Source: Eledone cirrhosa
Lineage: Eukaryota
Assembly (NCBI GenBank): GCA_964016885.1
Contig: OZ024740.1
Span: forward strand, 122,078,001-122,142,000
Length of the DNA: 64,000 nucleotides
Reading direction: 5' to 3'
Of this stretch, positions 12,100 to 26,764 are shown piece after piece. The translations under genes and the position numbers were made by a program. The number at the start of each line of letters is the position of its first letter. Position 1 is the first letter of the stretch. The notes beneath the pieces were generated by a model that worked only from the letters and a program-made list of their open reading frames with translations, did not search any database and had not been told where the DNA came from.

Positions 12100-14680
12100 T
12101 TTGTGGTAAGATTTCACTCAACATCGTCATTGACCACATTTTAATATTTTGACAGTGTATACCCCATCTATATAAATGAAAGTGGATTCTTTGAAATCCA
12201 GAGACTTTGAAATCTACTAGCTTGAACTTAAATTAACCTTTATTTTTCCATGGTCAACTTTAAATTTGTTGCTTCAGGGTGGGTAGTTTACAAGAGCTAT
12301 TTGTTTATGATCCGAACCAGAAAACAAAGTATGTTGTTTACGCAGACGCTCTTAAGTAACTTCCGTCAAAGCATGTGATAGAATTTATCTCCCCTCATAA
12401 CATACATAAAAATAGTATGTTCATGTTTTATTGATTTCTGTATTACGAATTCAGAATTGATTTCATCATGTACCTCAATTGAAAAGTAAATAGAATTTAG
12501 AATAACAAATTCCTATACAACAGTTTTGCTTTCTTCTTCACATTCAATCCCAAGCAACGCCAATGCGTCTTTTAGAGTGTCTGCGATTAGTCCTTCATCG
12601 ATTTGTCTGTGTGTCTGTCTGTCGTACATAGTGCAAAGAGCTATGATGTTGTAACCTATCTTGCTAGAAATGACAGCGAAATGACATCCTTAGCTTTTAC
12701 CACGCACTCGCCGACACGCAGACACATTCACATACACACAGTTTGAGTTGTATCTATTTATATACAATTCTTTCTGTGTGAAGGTATTCGTAGCTATGTA
12801 TTTATCTATCTATCCGCATTGTGGTAACTGTTGTCGCTAGAAATGGCAGTGAAATAAAACATTAGCTTATAGAACACACACACACACATACACACACATA
12901 CAGACACACACACAAACACACATACCCCCCCCCCCCCACACACAAACATTGATTCATATCTATCTATGTATTACACGTTTTCTCTATGTATTCCTATCTA
13001 TCTATCACCAAATACAGAACGCATTCTCGAAAGGAGAATGAAGTGGAATTGTCTAGTTTTTCAATAACTTTATATGTGTGTGCGTGTATGTGTGTGGGGG
13101 CATGTGTCTGTGTATGCGTGTGAGCCTGTGTGTGTGAGCGTGTGTGTGTTCAGTAATATTTAGTGGCGCTCATAGTAGAGGTGTACATGATAGCACATAC
13201 GATATGCTTATGTATAATAGACATACATGAGATTCACTCTGAATGTTTTAAGCTGTGTTTATGTCACAGCTATCACAGTGGCTGTGAGTGAACGTCAGGC
13301 ACCTATTTCAGTTCTTTTATCCGTAATTGGTGAAGAAAGGATAATCTTTATTTTATACGCACTTTTCCTATATACACATCTTTTATTAACCAAGTTATAT
13401 TGCTGATGCTGCTAATTAATCATGGGAAAACATTATACATAGGATTCATCTAACAGCGAGGAGATTAAATACACCTTACGCAAAAGTGTAGTTATTAGAA
13501 GTTTAGACGCCTTTTCCTATCTATGCACATTGTCTGTCGTTAGGATACCTTGAATTATATAATTGTCTTCCACGCAGAAACAAAATGTGGAAGCTTACAT
13601 GAAGTTGATCTGTTGGATTCCATCTCAAAATGCTGAAATGAAACCACTCAGCTAGAGAGCAGTGAAGTTATATGTAATAACTTCACAACTCTTATCGTGA
13701 CGGCACACGGCTTAGTAGCTAGTGTCTTCGGTTCCCGATCTCAAGTACGTCAGTCTGATTCTTGTCAGAAAGTGTTTTCGTTGATTAAGACTCATTACTT
13801 CAGGTGGCACACAACTTGAAAGAAATTACATTGTAATTGTATATTAATGCAACAGCTTTGTATCTCACAGTCGAGCTGAATGTCAGTGAGAGCTACGTTA
13901 AGATTGAATGTGTCAATGAAATGCTTAGATACGTTTGCGTTAAAATTGAGAGGAGGCTATTTCTTTGCTCAAAGACCAAGAAACGCAACATCGTAACCGA
14001 GGTGTCTTCAACACACAATTTAATTTCATAATATTAAAGCCATCGTCAACAATAGTGAACGACATGAAAAAATATGATGACTGTGAAAGAAATATCCGAT
14101 GTGATTTCCATTCTATAACACTGTAGACTTCCCATTACGCTTAACTACGAATTTAGACGTTAGCCCCAAACAAAAAATAAATAAAAAATTCGTTATTCTA
14201 AGCAAATAAATCTGACGAAGTTTGCAAATTTACCTATACTTTTTTTTAGAACTACCCATTTCCTCTCCCTAAAACTATAAAAGATTAAACGTATATCCGA
14301 TGCAAGTTTCTTGTGGTTTTTAATATATTTTATTTCGATTTTAAATATTACTAAATATATTCGATTTCAAGAAAGTTATTTTCCAAAACATTAACCACAT
14401 ATTTTCTTCCTTTTTTTTCAGGAAAAATGTTCTTTGTAATCTTGAACATAATTCTTTCTTGATATTTCACTTTCATATCGATAAATTCCAGTCGCATCAG
14501 TTGGAAGTTCATATTATATATAATGGGTAAATCTACTCATTTTTCCTTTATGATACTTTTCGATAAAAGCAAAAGCGAATATAAGATGGAGAAAAAAGCA
14601 ACAAACAGAATATATTTGCTTCACAGTGTGTAGACCCAATCAATCATCCTAAACTAATTAGCATATAGACTGATTTGAAT
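12100..14680 (+). pseudogene. Degenerate LRP-family YWTD/EGF fragments
   Basis: ~12300 ELFVYDPNQ...KACDRIYLP; ~13265 VTAITVAVSERQ; 13392 KLY-(fs)-DAA; ~13460-13510 RLNT-(fs)-RKSVVIRSLD; 14420 acceptor ttttcag then GKMFF; 14666 TAG-ACT-GAT (*TD = WTD). Confidence 0.6.
13700..14010 (+). mobile_element. Second, older tRNA-derived SINE-like element
   Basis: Box-A-like CGGCTTAGTAGCTAG and a degenerate box B. The body differs from the main SINE family. Confidence 0.4.
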
Positions 14681-15049
14681 AATTTTCAAAAAAAAAAAAA
14701 ACTTAGAGTATATTTATTGTTATGTATTATTTTATTTTATATCATACCGCAATTCATATTGGTATTTTATTATCTTTAAATTTTTAATTTACTATTGTAT
14801 AACTTCTTTTTTCCATAAGATTTGGTGAAACTCTTTTTGTTTACATTTCAGCGGAAAATTCTTTTGTGAATATTTTGAAGTTATTCAGAGAAAAGATTTT
14901 CTTCTTTTCTGTATATTTAAATTTCCTATTAAAACGGGCGTTGGGGAAAAAAGTAATACACTTATATTCACATTACTACAAACAACACATGCCCACATAT
15001 GTATGAATGTATACATATATATATATTGGTGTGTGTGTGTGTGTGCGTA

Positions 15050-15086
<37 letters not shown>

Positions 15087-16112
15087 ATGTGTGTATATAT
15101 ATATATACATATGTACATATATTATTTCATATACAAAACAATCGCATTCATGCAAATATATATACACTAGTGTGTGTGAATGGCTGATTATATGTGTGTG
15201 AATTCGTTGCGATTATGCATGTATGCATACTGTGATATAAAATATATACAGACACAATATATATTATTTTAATGGAACATTTTAAAGGAAGTAAATAAAA
15301 GAAGTGAGGAAAATACAGTAGAAAAAACAGCATGTTGAGCAACAGAGTAACAACTAGAAAGAAATTCAAATAAAGTTGTCTTTTACATTATAAAAAATAA
15401 GCATTTCTTTCGTTGATAACTGATATTTTTAGCAAATGTCAGATTCTGTATTTTTACTGGTAAAGTTTTTAACTTATTTCATTGCATTAGCAAGCAATAA
15501 ATCAATTTTCTGATAAGGCTTGTATAAAATACGAAACTATAGTTAAAATCAACTCTGTGGTAAACTTAGGAGAGGTTCAGCAAATTTGCAAAAAAAAAAA
15601 ATCATTTAGTTACGACATAAACATTGTTTAGATATGTATATTGAAGAATTATGTACTACCTATCCAGTTATCTATTTAAAATCTCATTGATGATATTTAC
15701 AAAATTATACATGAAAAAACAATGGGTATTAATGCGATTAAAATGGCAGAGCAACAATTTTCGACGTGTAGACGATGCTGGTTCCTTGCCTTAGGTTTCT
15801 GGTCACTAACATAAATAGATGCCTGTGAAATACTGGGGTAGATTCCATTTCCACATAATTAAATATGCTTTTGTGTCTTTGAAAATTAACAAAACCTCTA
15901 TAACTTGTTATATAGATTAGACCCGTAGCACAGTTCAGTATTTGTTAAATACATAAAGTATAAAATGTTAGATCTATTTCAAGTAACTTCTAAAGTTACA
16001 GAATAGACGAAATTGATTATTTGAGTGTAAAATTAGTGAACAAAACGTCTTCGACGATATGGCATGGAATGAATCACGTTAATCTTCTTCAGACCTTTTG
16101 CCCAGTTGTTTA

Positions 16113-16275
16113 AAGAGGGTCGGTCATGCTTGTAGCAAATAGTTACGGCCCTTTATGGTCTGAGTTCAAATCGCGCCAAGGTTAACTTTGCCATTCATCC
16201 TTAAGAGGTCGATAACATAAAGTACCAGTAATACACTGGGATATGCTAGCCTTGTGACAAAAGTAGAAACAGTTA
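16113..16275 (+). mobile_element. SINE (main family)
   Basis: GAGTTCAAATCGCGCCAAGGTTAACTTTGCCATTCATCCTT...GTCGATAAC...GTACCAG. Confidence 0.85.
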
Positions 16276-17369
16276 TTTATGGACCATTTTTGTTACGAAC
16301 TGTATATAAATTGTTATTCATGACCCTGTGAAAAGGCGACCTCATAATATTTGGGCTAAAGTCTCAAATATTTAAACTTTCTTTCTTTGGAGCAAAAGAG
16401 AGGAGAAGTCTAAAGAATTGGTACGTTTACAATCTCGCAAAGCTGTGGTGGCCTTCCAAGCGAAAATGGAAGCTACAATTAAATGAATCATCATTGATAT
16501 TAGGCAAATAACAAGGCCAAAACTTTTCAGGAACAACTCGATGCTAATTAAAACTGTGGACCTGGCTATCAAGCATTCAGTGGTTTCCTGCAAAACGGAC
16601 CAAATTGCCATGTAAACCATCCTACAAGGGAAGAGAAGTGTAAGGGTACGCTTTCCGAGGATCCCACCATGACTGCGTGGCTAGAGAGGGACGTGGCACA
16701 GACTTCGAGGTGAAAATTACAAAGCGGGAGAATTGCTAGCGGACTGGTTTGAAGATTTTTCTCCAAATCAAACCAGATGACAAAAAATATATTACGGACC
16801 AGGTCAAATGGCCGCATTGTTTCGTTTGTAGAGAAGCTACATATCTTTGAGCTTTTTGACTTCAGCTGAAAAATACAGGGGTGAAACAAATTATGTTGCT
16901 GCCAACACTGGTGCCGGGTCAAATAAGCGCAGAACCAACAACACCACCAGCAGCATCAACTGTAGAAGAAACATCAGAACCACCAAAAACAGAATCAAGG
17001 CAGAATCAACCCAAAAGGAAGATGAGAAAACTCTACCCATCCCTAACACACTCCACAAAGAAATACACACATAAACACCCACACAAACACAAGCACAACT
17101 GCATCTCAAAGTGACACAGAGACCTTACATAGGCCTGCTTACAGCAACATTATCCATCTGGGAGAAATCGTGTATATGCATAGATTCCACCCATGCATAT
17201 TTATATATTTTCGTGTGTGCTTACACACACATGTATGCGTGCACGTGTGTCTCAGCTTGTATAAATATATATGCGTTTAAGCGGATTTGAATGGAAACAA
17301 CTCTGTGCCCCTTTGACCTGTCCAGACATTATTTATAACACAAAAGAGGTTAGAAAAAGAAAATAATAA

Positions 17370-17560
17370 TTGTTTCTACTTTTGGCGCAAGGCCAGCAAT
17401 TACCCAGTGCATTACTGGTACTTTATTTTATCGGCCCCGTAAGGATGAAAGGCAAAGTTAACCCCGGCGGGATTTCAACTCAGAATGCCAAGGGCCGTAA
17501 CACTATGTGTCAAATTATGGCGTCCGACCCTCTACCGATACTGCCAAACAACCGCCCTTT
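17370..17560 (-). mobile_element. SINE (main family)
   Basis: Reverse complement of the family consensus, including box A and box B. Confidence 0.85.
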
Positions 17561-17759
17561 GGCGGAAATAATAATAAAACCACTTCCGGCCAACATGGTA
17601 TAGCAAGCGACATCAGACAATGGAACTGTTCTTTTATATTCCTCGAAAGAAGTTATATTACTCTCGAAATATCTGTACATATGAATAAATTAAGGTAAAA
17701 AAACAAACCCTGTTTCTTCTGCTTTAATTTTTCGAAGTCCAATCCTTCATTGTCGTAGC

Positions 17760-20095
17760 TTTCCAACTCTGAATTCTTTATACCATACACAATGCTTCAA
17801 GTAAACAACAACTTCCTTCTATCCCTACGCCTGAGCCAGGCCCAGTTTACAACGATAAAGGAACTCTTCCCACTGTCGGAGAAACGCCACAAAAAGCAAC
17901 ATTGTCGAGAAAGGATTAGAGACCTACACCTACCCACATACTTCAAATCACCAGTCCTTAAACGGCCATTCATTTATATACACACATTCTGCATAACAAG
18001 ATTCATACAACACATACACTGAACGCTCCAGCAACACATACAGACAATCTGCTGCTTATTACCGGATCTTTCGAAAACCCCAGAGCCCTGATCGGAGTAA
18101 CTACCGCTGTTATAGAGAGATGCTACCACCACTGTTTAGATCAGAAGAAAAAACGCTTAAATTCATCAAACTCAGCTCGGCATATCATCTTGGTGACAGT
18201 TCCACTCAAAACATCAATTGAAGCATACAGGACAGCACCAACACTGAGCCTGTCGGCGCACGGACCAAAAACACACCCCTCGATGCAAGACACCTCGTCA
18301 CGAACTTGACAGTATCTCACTTCCAAGATGAACTAGATCTCCTCAGTCTAGGTCCCATGTTCATATTAAAACAGACTGGATGATAGGTTATGTCTCAACC
18401 TAGAGACGAAATTTTGCCGGGCTGCCTAACAACTAAAATGTATATCGGCCATCGGCAGCCATGCTATCGCAACCAACACTTCCACCAAATTCCTGATATA
18501 CCCATTAATGCCACCTACTCTGTCCAGAACCTACCAACTATGAACTTGATAAGAAACTCACGAGACTGAAGCAGTCTATATTCAATAACCTGCGAACACG
18601 GAAAAGGATAACCCAAATCTCTCCAGGACCCAACAACTCACCCTAAAAAGCGTGCGATAAAGGGAGCTCATCCACCTACCCTCCAACAAAGGGAAACAAA
18701 TATGTGTCATTTCACAGGCGACCTATGACGACTTATCCTTTGAACACCTGAGTGACGACGGACTGTAACACGGAAGTCTCAGTCATAACTGCAGCTCGGA
18801 TCGAAGAGCGAGTCAACACCATCTGGTCTGACATATGCAGAAGAAAACAACTCAGAAACCAACGCAGGAATAATTTCATCGCCAGAAATAGCAGACTGCC
18901 CACTTTCTACCCACTCATTAAGACGCACAAAATAATACAAGACTCCAAATTGTCCCATCTTCTCCAGGCTAGAAGGACCCCTATATAGAATTATCTGGCT
19001 ACCCGCCCAGAGGCTTAAACCTATACACTCCACCTTCCCCGGGCATATCAGTATCACTGATGAAGTTATACAAAGACTCCACCAATTTCAAGACCAACTT
19101 AGACTCAATAGGTACAACTTTAGCCTCGACGTTGTCTCCCACTACACTACAGTCCCTGCTCACCCAACTGTCAACTTATTCAGTGACTGCATAATCTCCG
19201 AAAACATTTACTACTACCGCCTCCACCCGGCAGGCATACACAAGCTTCTAACTCTCACGATGGATAATACTTACTTCAACTTCCACCACCACATAGACAG
19301 ACAGACAACAGGACTATGTATGGGATCCAGTCTATCGGGCCTGCGGGCCATAACTTATATGAAACAGCTGGAACGTGTGGCTCCCATCACCTGCCATACC
19401 TGTGCCTTCTTCCCCGATATATAGATGATATACACATACTTACACCATCCCGTGGAGAAGCAGACAGAATGTACACGACATTCTCTAGCATGGACGTTAA
19501 CATAAGATTCAGCATGGAACACATCGATGACACTGGATCCCTCTCTCTGCTAGACTTCAAACTCACAGTAAAAGAAGAAGGTGGCATCCGCACCAGTTCT
19601 ACAGAAAAGCCGCTAGGAGGGACATGTTCGTCCATTTCAAATCGGCTATTACCCTCGGTGCCAAAGTCCGGATACATAAAGAATGACACGTATCCGGAAT
19701 AAATTCAGCAACACAGGAGACCGAGACACACACACCACACACTTCTTGGAAGCGCTTAAGCTAAACGTTTACCCAACATCCACCGTGAACCGCGTTAGAA
19801 ATGAGAAAAACCGCATTCGAAACATGAATTCCATCAACACCTGCTTCCTGAATCTACTACATTACGGTGATGACACAGCAACAGCCACCTACAGGACCAT
19901 TCGAAGAGAAGGACTAGACTTACAACTAGCTCACTCGAGGCCCTCAATGCGGGGACAACTATGTAAGAGACGACCTAAAGAATACAATAGCCATTGCACG
20001 CTGGCTAACTGTGTGATAAATGTGTGATAAATGCGATAACCACTATATAGCTAGCACCACCAGACCCCTACACATCAACATTAAGGAAGACATTA
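17760..20095 (+). mobile_element. Decayed Penelope-like element (Penelope/Poseidon-like) RT + GIY-YIG
   Basis: PSNKG, LPTFYPLIKTHK, SLDVVS, PRYIDDI, LSLLDF and CDKCDNHYIASTTRPLHINIKE, spread across several frames with stops. Confidence 0.8.
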
Positions 20096-20125
20096 AATTT
20101 AACACAAAAGAGGTTAGAAAAATAA

Positions 20126-20298
20126 TTGTTTCTACGTTAGGAACAAGGCCAGCAATTACCCAGTGTATTAATGGTACTTTATTTTATCGACCCCGTAAGG
20201 ATGAAAGGCAAAGTTAACCTCGGCGGGATTTGAACTCAGAATGGCAAGGGACGCAAATCTACGCGTCAAAGCATGGTGTCCGACTGATACTGCCAATC
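20126..20298 (-). mobile_element. SINE (main family) with ~18 bp TSD
   Basis: AGAGGTTAGAAAAATAAT is repeated at ~20109 and ~20300, flanking the SINE. Confidence 0.85.
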
Positions 20299-20902
20299 CA
20301 GAGGTTAGAAAAATAATAATTATAAAACAACTTCCGACCGGCATGGTATAGCAAGTTACATCGGACACTGGAATAATTTCTTTATATTCCTCGGAAGCAG
20401 AGATATTAACCTAAAAATATCAGGACATGAATAAATAACATTTTTAATTTATCCCCTAGCAGTCCTGCATTGACGTGCCTTTTCGACTTCTTATTCTTTA
20501 TATATATATATATGAATGTGTATGTATTCTATACGTTTCTAACTTCTATAACTCTCGACAGAAGCAAAGGAGTGAGTGGTCTTGATAAACGCCAACAAGT
20601 GAGGAACAGGACTTACTTATTCTTTTCTTTTGCCGAGAATAAGTAAGTGGTATAGTCACTACTTTAAAACTCATAGCGAATGCTCTTCAAAATGTCTTTA
20701 ATAAAACATACAGCATATTTTCAAATATACTTTACATACGTTCATGCATATATCGCTGTGTCAGAGCGCCAATACAAATATATATATATAAAAGAAATAG
20801 TAGAAAAGGAAAAAAAAAGCATAATGATAATGCTGAAGGGATCTTTTCCCAGAATAACATCAAAACATTTATTTACAAAATAAGAATTTCCGCACTTAAT
20901 TG

Positions 20903-20931
20903 TACCGGTTTCAGCTTATACACTTTTTCAA
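20903..20931 (-). ncRNA. Hammerhead-like core, U3-A8 variant (decayed)
   Basis: Minus TTGAAAA-AGT(gtataa)GCT-GAAA-CCGG-TA. Stem I pairs poorly. Confidence 0.45.
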
Positions 20932-21082
20932 CGTCGGAAGTGTATAATGCAATTACATTGCATATAAATAAGAATAATAAGAATAAGGGGAAAACATTTA
21001 GTTTTTACATATATATTCACATCTTTGTTTGTAGTTTTTCTTTCTTTACTTCTTAGTGTTGACCTAAGGAAGGAAACTTAAT

Positions 21083-21129
21083 AGTACCCTGATGATGTCA
21101 CAGTGTGTGACGAAGGAATTTTAATTGAC

Positions 21130-21160
<31 letters not shown>

Positions 21161-21306
21161 CTGTACTTTTAAACGTTGTTCAATAAACATTGATTGCCAG
21201 ATAAATTAACTATGGAAATATAAAATACACAGAAGCGAAAATCAATCCGAACCGAACAGTGAGCGTGTTTTATTATTATTTCTGGCAATATGACCTCCCC
21301 AAATAT

Positions 21307-21310
<4 letters not shown>
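21083..21310 (+). mobile_element. Pseudo-LTR end related to the 11214-11556 family, with hammerhead-like motif
   Basis: CTGATGA-t-GTCACA(gtg)TGTGAC-GAAG at 21089-21115. The terminus TGGCAATATGACCTCCCCAAATATAACA resembles 11537-11565 and is followed by (TA)n. Confidence 0.6.
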
Positions 21311-21374
<64 letters not shown>

Positions 21375-22134
21375 GTTAACGAGATATCGTTTAAGGTAAT
21401 CCTACTCGAGATTATGAGTACTCTGTATCGAAGATAATTTTAACGTTCGGCGTTGTTTGACTGAACAGGAAGTTTCCTTATTAGGGTAGGCGATTCAATA
21501 TTGTTCCTATGAAAGCGGTTGGAGTAATAATAGGATATAAGTAATAATAGGATATAAGTGTAGAATAACGTGGATCGGCAGTACAATATGGTTTATTTTA
21601 AGTATTAACAATTGTTTCATTAATACGGTTTGTTCAAAAATCCCTGTTCGTAAGATAATAGGTCACTCGATTTTAATTACAGTCGATAGCCGACCAAATC
21701 TGCCGAATATTGATCTATGTACCTGATAGTATTTTTAGGTACAAGAATAAAAGCAATAATAATGGTGATAATAATAACAGGGAGGTGCAGTGATAATGGA
21801 GATATTTGGGATACAGGCGTAAAATATAGTAATAATAATAATAACAACATGGAAAGCATAGGTAATAGGGGTATGAAAAAATAATGCATTGAGGAAGATA
21901 ATATCCCCATTTTAGAAAAGTGTATGATGAAGCACGTTCTCTGAAAAGAAGAAAGACGTTTTGAATATAGAGCTACACGTGTGCGAGTGCGTATATGCGC
22001 GCGCGCGTGTGTGTGTGTGTGTGTGTGTTTGTGTGTGTGTGTTATTATACATCTGTACGAAAGCAAATATGACGTGAGTATATGTAAGTAAGAGAGTGTG
22101 TGTGTGTGTGCTTGTAAATATGAAGCTGTGAACT

Positions 22135-23007
22135 AAAGTATATCCAATGTATAAGGACCCACGAAGGGATCAGCGGCGGGCATAGAAAATGTAAGTGCAG
22201 GTGTACGTGAAGGAGTTCCGGATACGGAATGAACCATTGGTGCCTGTGAGAATGGTGGGGTTGAAAATGAAAGGAGAGTTGTTACAGCGGGGACGGTAGC
22301 AAGGATGAGAGCCGGTTGGAGACCGGGGAAAGGACAAGAAGGAACTGCGTTCCAGGTAGTCGCAGGGATTACGGGCGCGTTTAAATACGGTGATAGGTGG
22401 GTTTGTAAAAAAGCGAGAAGTGAACCTGTCAGAAGAGAGGGTTTGGAAGGAAGGGATAATATGTCGCCGTAGAGATAAGGATATTAGGTGGTAGGTGAGA
22501 AGGAAAGAAAGGCAGGTGTTGGGAGGGCATTGGTGGGGTGAGAGGGCTATGGTACCGTCTGTTTCACTGGCGCGTGAGAGAGAAGCTTGGTTAAGGCTGG
22601 GGGGGGGGGCATCGACGCTGGACGAAGCGGGAGGCCATGTGAAGGGGATGGGTTTCGAAATCGTAGTCCTGGCTACAGAGCCGATGAAAATGTAGAAATT
22701 GGGAGTTGGGAATGAAGAGATTGGTCTGGGTTGGATGGGGGAGGGGAAGTCGATGTAAGAGTGGGAATATATAGGTTTATAGAAGTAGAGAAGGCGTGGT
22801 GACTGTTCTCGAGTGTAATCGGAGACGGGTGTTGTGACGGTGAGAGCAGGATGAAAATATTGAACGAAAGATACAAAGCAGTCGAACTGTTCACGTGATA
22901 GAGAAGTGGCACAGATACAGTCGTCGATATAACGACCGTATAGCTGAGGAGCAGATCCAGCGTACTGGGAGAACATCTCGGCTGCGACGTAGGCAACAAA
23001 CAAGTTC

Positions 23008-23010
<3 letters not shown>
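22135..23010 (-). mobile_element. 5'-truncated decayed Penelope-like element (RT C-half to GIY-YIG)
   Basis: ORF 22170..23060 contains LYGRYIDDC, YFHPAL, FYKP, VFKRARN and PCYRPRCNNSP. LYIG follows downstream. Confidence 0.8.
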
Positions 23011-23053
<43 letters not shown>

Positions 23054-23572
23054 TCCTCACCCTTCACTCACTGATTCTCTGTTACTACCTCTCCTCCTCC
23101 TCCTTCTTCCTGTTTGACCTGTGCGTAATTCTTTTCTTTCGCACTCTTGGTCTAGAAGGTCGTTCTTTTTCTCTCTCTTGTCTACGATTTCACAGAACTC
23201 ACGTTCACCGAAATCACAGACTAGATCCCTTCTTCCTCCCGTTAGACCTGTACGGAATTCCTTCCTTGCTTACATTCCAACCAGGTTTGATGGTCTTTAT
23301 TCTCTCTCGTTCACGATTTAACCGAATTTAAATTCATAGAAATTTGGGACTTGACTTCTTCCTCCTCACTTTTCGTTGCTCACCATTTTTGTTGTTTACA
23401 CTCTTGTCCCCTTGATTTACGTGTCCCAACGACTTTTTTTAGCCGTTGCTCGCACCAAGCGGAGGTATATGGTCTTTAAAGCGATGAAATACCAATGATG
23501 GTTGGAAGATCACTGATGAAGGACTAACTTTATTCACATGTAACCCATTAGTAACGCCGCAGCACGTTTATT

Positions 23573-23670
<98 letters not shown>

Positions 23671-24029
23671 AGTGTTTCTGTTTGTGTTTGTGTGTGTGTA
23701 TCCCGGGTTCAATCGGGCTTTCCTGATGATTTCCTTAGAATGGAACAGTTCTAGTCCTGTAGGAACCATTTCCCTATCATATATATATATATATATACAC
23801 CAACATGTAACATCGAAATTACAAAAGATATATATTTTCGTAACACTAGATTCCCCCACCCAGAAAACATAAATATTTTTTATATGACACAAATAAGTTC
23901 ATTCATTCAATTTATGTTCTGATAATTCATATTCGTATTTACAAATAAAATGAGCAACTAGATAACATTCAATGCAACATATTTGTTATGCATTTACATA
24001 ATATAGGTTGTGGTTTAGAATAAGAACAA

Positions 24030-25900
24030 CTAATCCAGAGTGTTATTTGTGAATCTGAGTATATTTCCTCTGTAGCATCTGTATTTTCACAAGCAAGGAA
24101 ATCTTTAGATTTCCTTGTGGTGAGCTACCATCAATATAGATGGGAAGATGGCCAAATGAAAGAAAAAATTCAGAAAGAAATTGTTATACAACGAAAGAAA
24201 TATATAACATGTTTCCCCCTTTTTACAACCAAGTGTGAATTATGTTTGCTTGAATTATTCTTTTATAGATATTGAAAACACGGAATCCTAGCGATAGATT
24301 TTCAAAACTATGTTAGATGAAATGTATCTAAGGAACATGATTCTGCGGCTTAGATCATTTTCCTTATTTTAGTTAGCGTCATCTATGTATGCTTTTCACA
24401 TATTACACCTGTTAGAGAAACATCTTATATCTATACCTATTGACAATAGTCGTTTATAAACCTCGTATACTTGCGTCAGAATAGCAAAAGAAAATGTAGA
24501 ATAATCGATAAACGATATATTCTTAGATTATCAGCTGCATCAATCTTTTATAAAATGTCACACCCCAAAGTTTTGTTACGTCTTATATGAAGAAGAATAA
24601 GTCCATTATTAGTATTTTGGATGTCAAATGAAACTTGGGATAAAACAGTTTATGAATATTCGACATGAAAAATATAGATAATCCCTTATGTTGTGCTCCC
24701 TATAAAACTTGATGGCCGATTGGTTAGTTTCTTGTTTGTTCTTGTAAAAATCTCTTTCGCATAGCTTTAGTATTGTAAAACATTGTATGTCTTACTGAGC
24801 TGAAATAAAACCTCCAAATTAGAGAAATAATACGGTATATAAGGAATGACTATTTAGATTATTTGATAATCTAAATTTGCTTGTAGATATCTAGGGATGT
24901 GATAATCACTATATCATCCCAATTTCAGAGATGTATAAGGAACACAATGGCTTTGGAAATATTATTCAGTGAGTAGAGGAAATATGTAAATACATATCTG
25001 TTAAACTATGTAAATAAATATATATTAAATGAAACACTTGGATCAGGATAGGAAACTAGATTCTAACATTGGAGTGCAGGTTTATGTGTCTACATATTGT
25101 TGAGAAAAAAATCTCCTGGATAAAGTTTAATCGTTAATTTTCTGGTCAATATAATGGATCATGATTAGTACATTTCATTATATGTGGTTAAATATAGCTT
25201 TTCACTTTTTCTCTTTTCTTTTAATGAACATTTAGCATTATGCAGCAAACGATTAACAAACATTTTAAAGAAGACCTGTGATCAGAATTACCATCGTCCA
25301 GTCAAATTTTGAATTATCGGTATGAACGTCTATGAGTAACTATCTGAAATACCTAATACAAATTTAATGCATTTTGATTCAACATTTTTTTATACGATAT
25401 AGAAAGTTTCATGAAAATTCGTATATTAGAATGATTACATGTATCGGGCATCAAATGAAACAAATGTATATTCGGAAGACAATAACGTGGTATCGCGAAC
25501 TTGCAATGCTTCTGGAAGGCATAGTTTAAACAAAGGTTATAGGAGGATAATCAGGGTAAACTAGATACAAAATGATTGAAGGAAAGGAGATTAGAATATG
25601 GAAAAGATGGTTGAACTGAAAATCTTTATTACATACTCAATATAATAGGTGCACGTTGAATATCTGGAATTATACACATAAAATTGTATATTTTCACTGA
25701 ACGTTCTTCTGCTAATTATAGGATTCATGTATCATTGTACTATAATTTATAACATCCAATATTAGCCGATGTCTGTATTTCTCACTGGAACATTATAGTT
25801 ATCAGGGTTTATTCCTTCGTTTTCCTTAGAACTCAAACATTACTAAAACAATTCATTTGGGTCTCTCACCAGAAGCCTTGTACTTCACGATGCCGGTAAG
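24030..25900 (+). pseudogene. Degenerate LDLa repeats followed by YWTD fragments (LRP family)
   Basis: 24320-24349 KCI*GT*FCG (cf. xCIxxxWxCD); 24895-24990 GCDNHYIIPISEMYKEHNGFG...EEICK; ~25430 NDYMYR...RRIIRVN; ~25875 ALYFT-(fs)-DAG with a gtaag donor. Confidence 0.6.
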
Positions 25901-26127
25901 ATATTGTATTTCTTTTCAGTAATTGACTGAATGATTCGTTTATTCATATTTCGCATGAATTGCTAGTTATGTAAATTGAAGTGTATGATTCGTAACATGA
26001 TGACGCAATGACACATTCAACTGAATGTACACAATAACTGAGGGTCATTTTATCGCCTTGAAATGTAAAACTGTATAACACACCCAGGCGCAATTTATTG
26101 ATCATACATTAATTTTAGGTGTCTGCA

Positions 26128-26157
26128 CGGTATTCATCTGTCACCACTACTGCATTG
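26128..26157 (-). pseudogene. LDLa-like fragment
   Basis: QCSSGDR*IP (cf. xCxxGxxCIP). Confidence 0.4.
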
Positions 26158-26665
26158 TTTGTAGAAAATAATGTGAACACAAGGAACGGACAGTTACAAT
26201 CTCACAAATAAATATATTGTGAAACATAGTTAATTTGAACTTTTGGATAACATTTGAAATATATTTCTCGAATGGAAGATGCGATTTCATATACCATATA
26301 TCATCAATTTCCCTCTAAGAATATTTAAGGCTGATATATACCTGTCGATGAAAAATCGTTTCATAAGTATATGCTTAATCCATATTATATGTAATGTTGA
26401 TATGTATATTACATATGAATCTCAAAGTCCATACCCATTGTAACATATATCATCAAAGGGAAGGTATTCTGAGCTTACGTTTTGCAATAGTTGATATCAA
26501 TATATTCTGCAGAAGTTATATAATAAATATTTCAAAATAGATTCGATATATCTCTGTTTTGTCATTCCTGTAGTAATTTATATTCAATCATATTTTGATG
26601 AATTCTGAAGGCAATGTTGTTCTAATATATCAATTAATATATCAATATATCTATTTATCTATATA

Positions 26666-26764
<99 letters not shown>

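Noticed and set aside
16290-17110. Possible additional Naiad-like RT relic
   Set aside because: Only vague motif resemblance; too decayed to support a call.
23513-23545. CTGATGAAGGACT hammerhead-like start
   Set aside because: Stem II and GAAA are not recognisable; at most a decayed pLTR motif.
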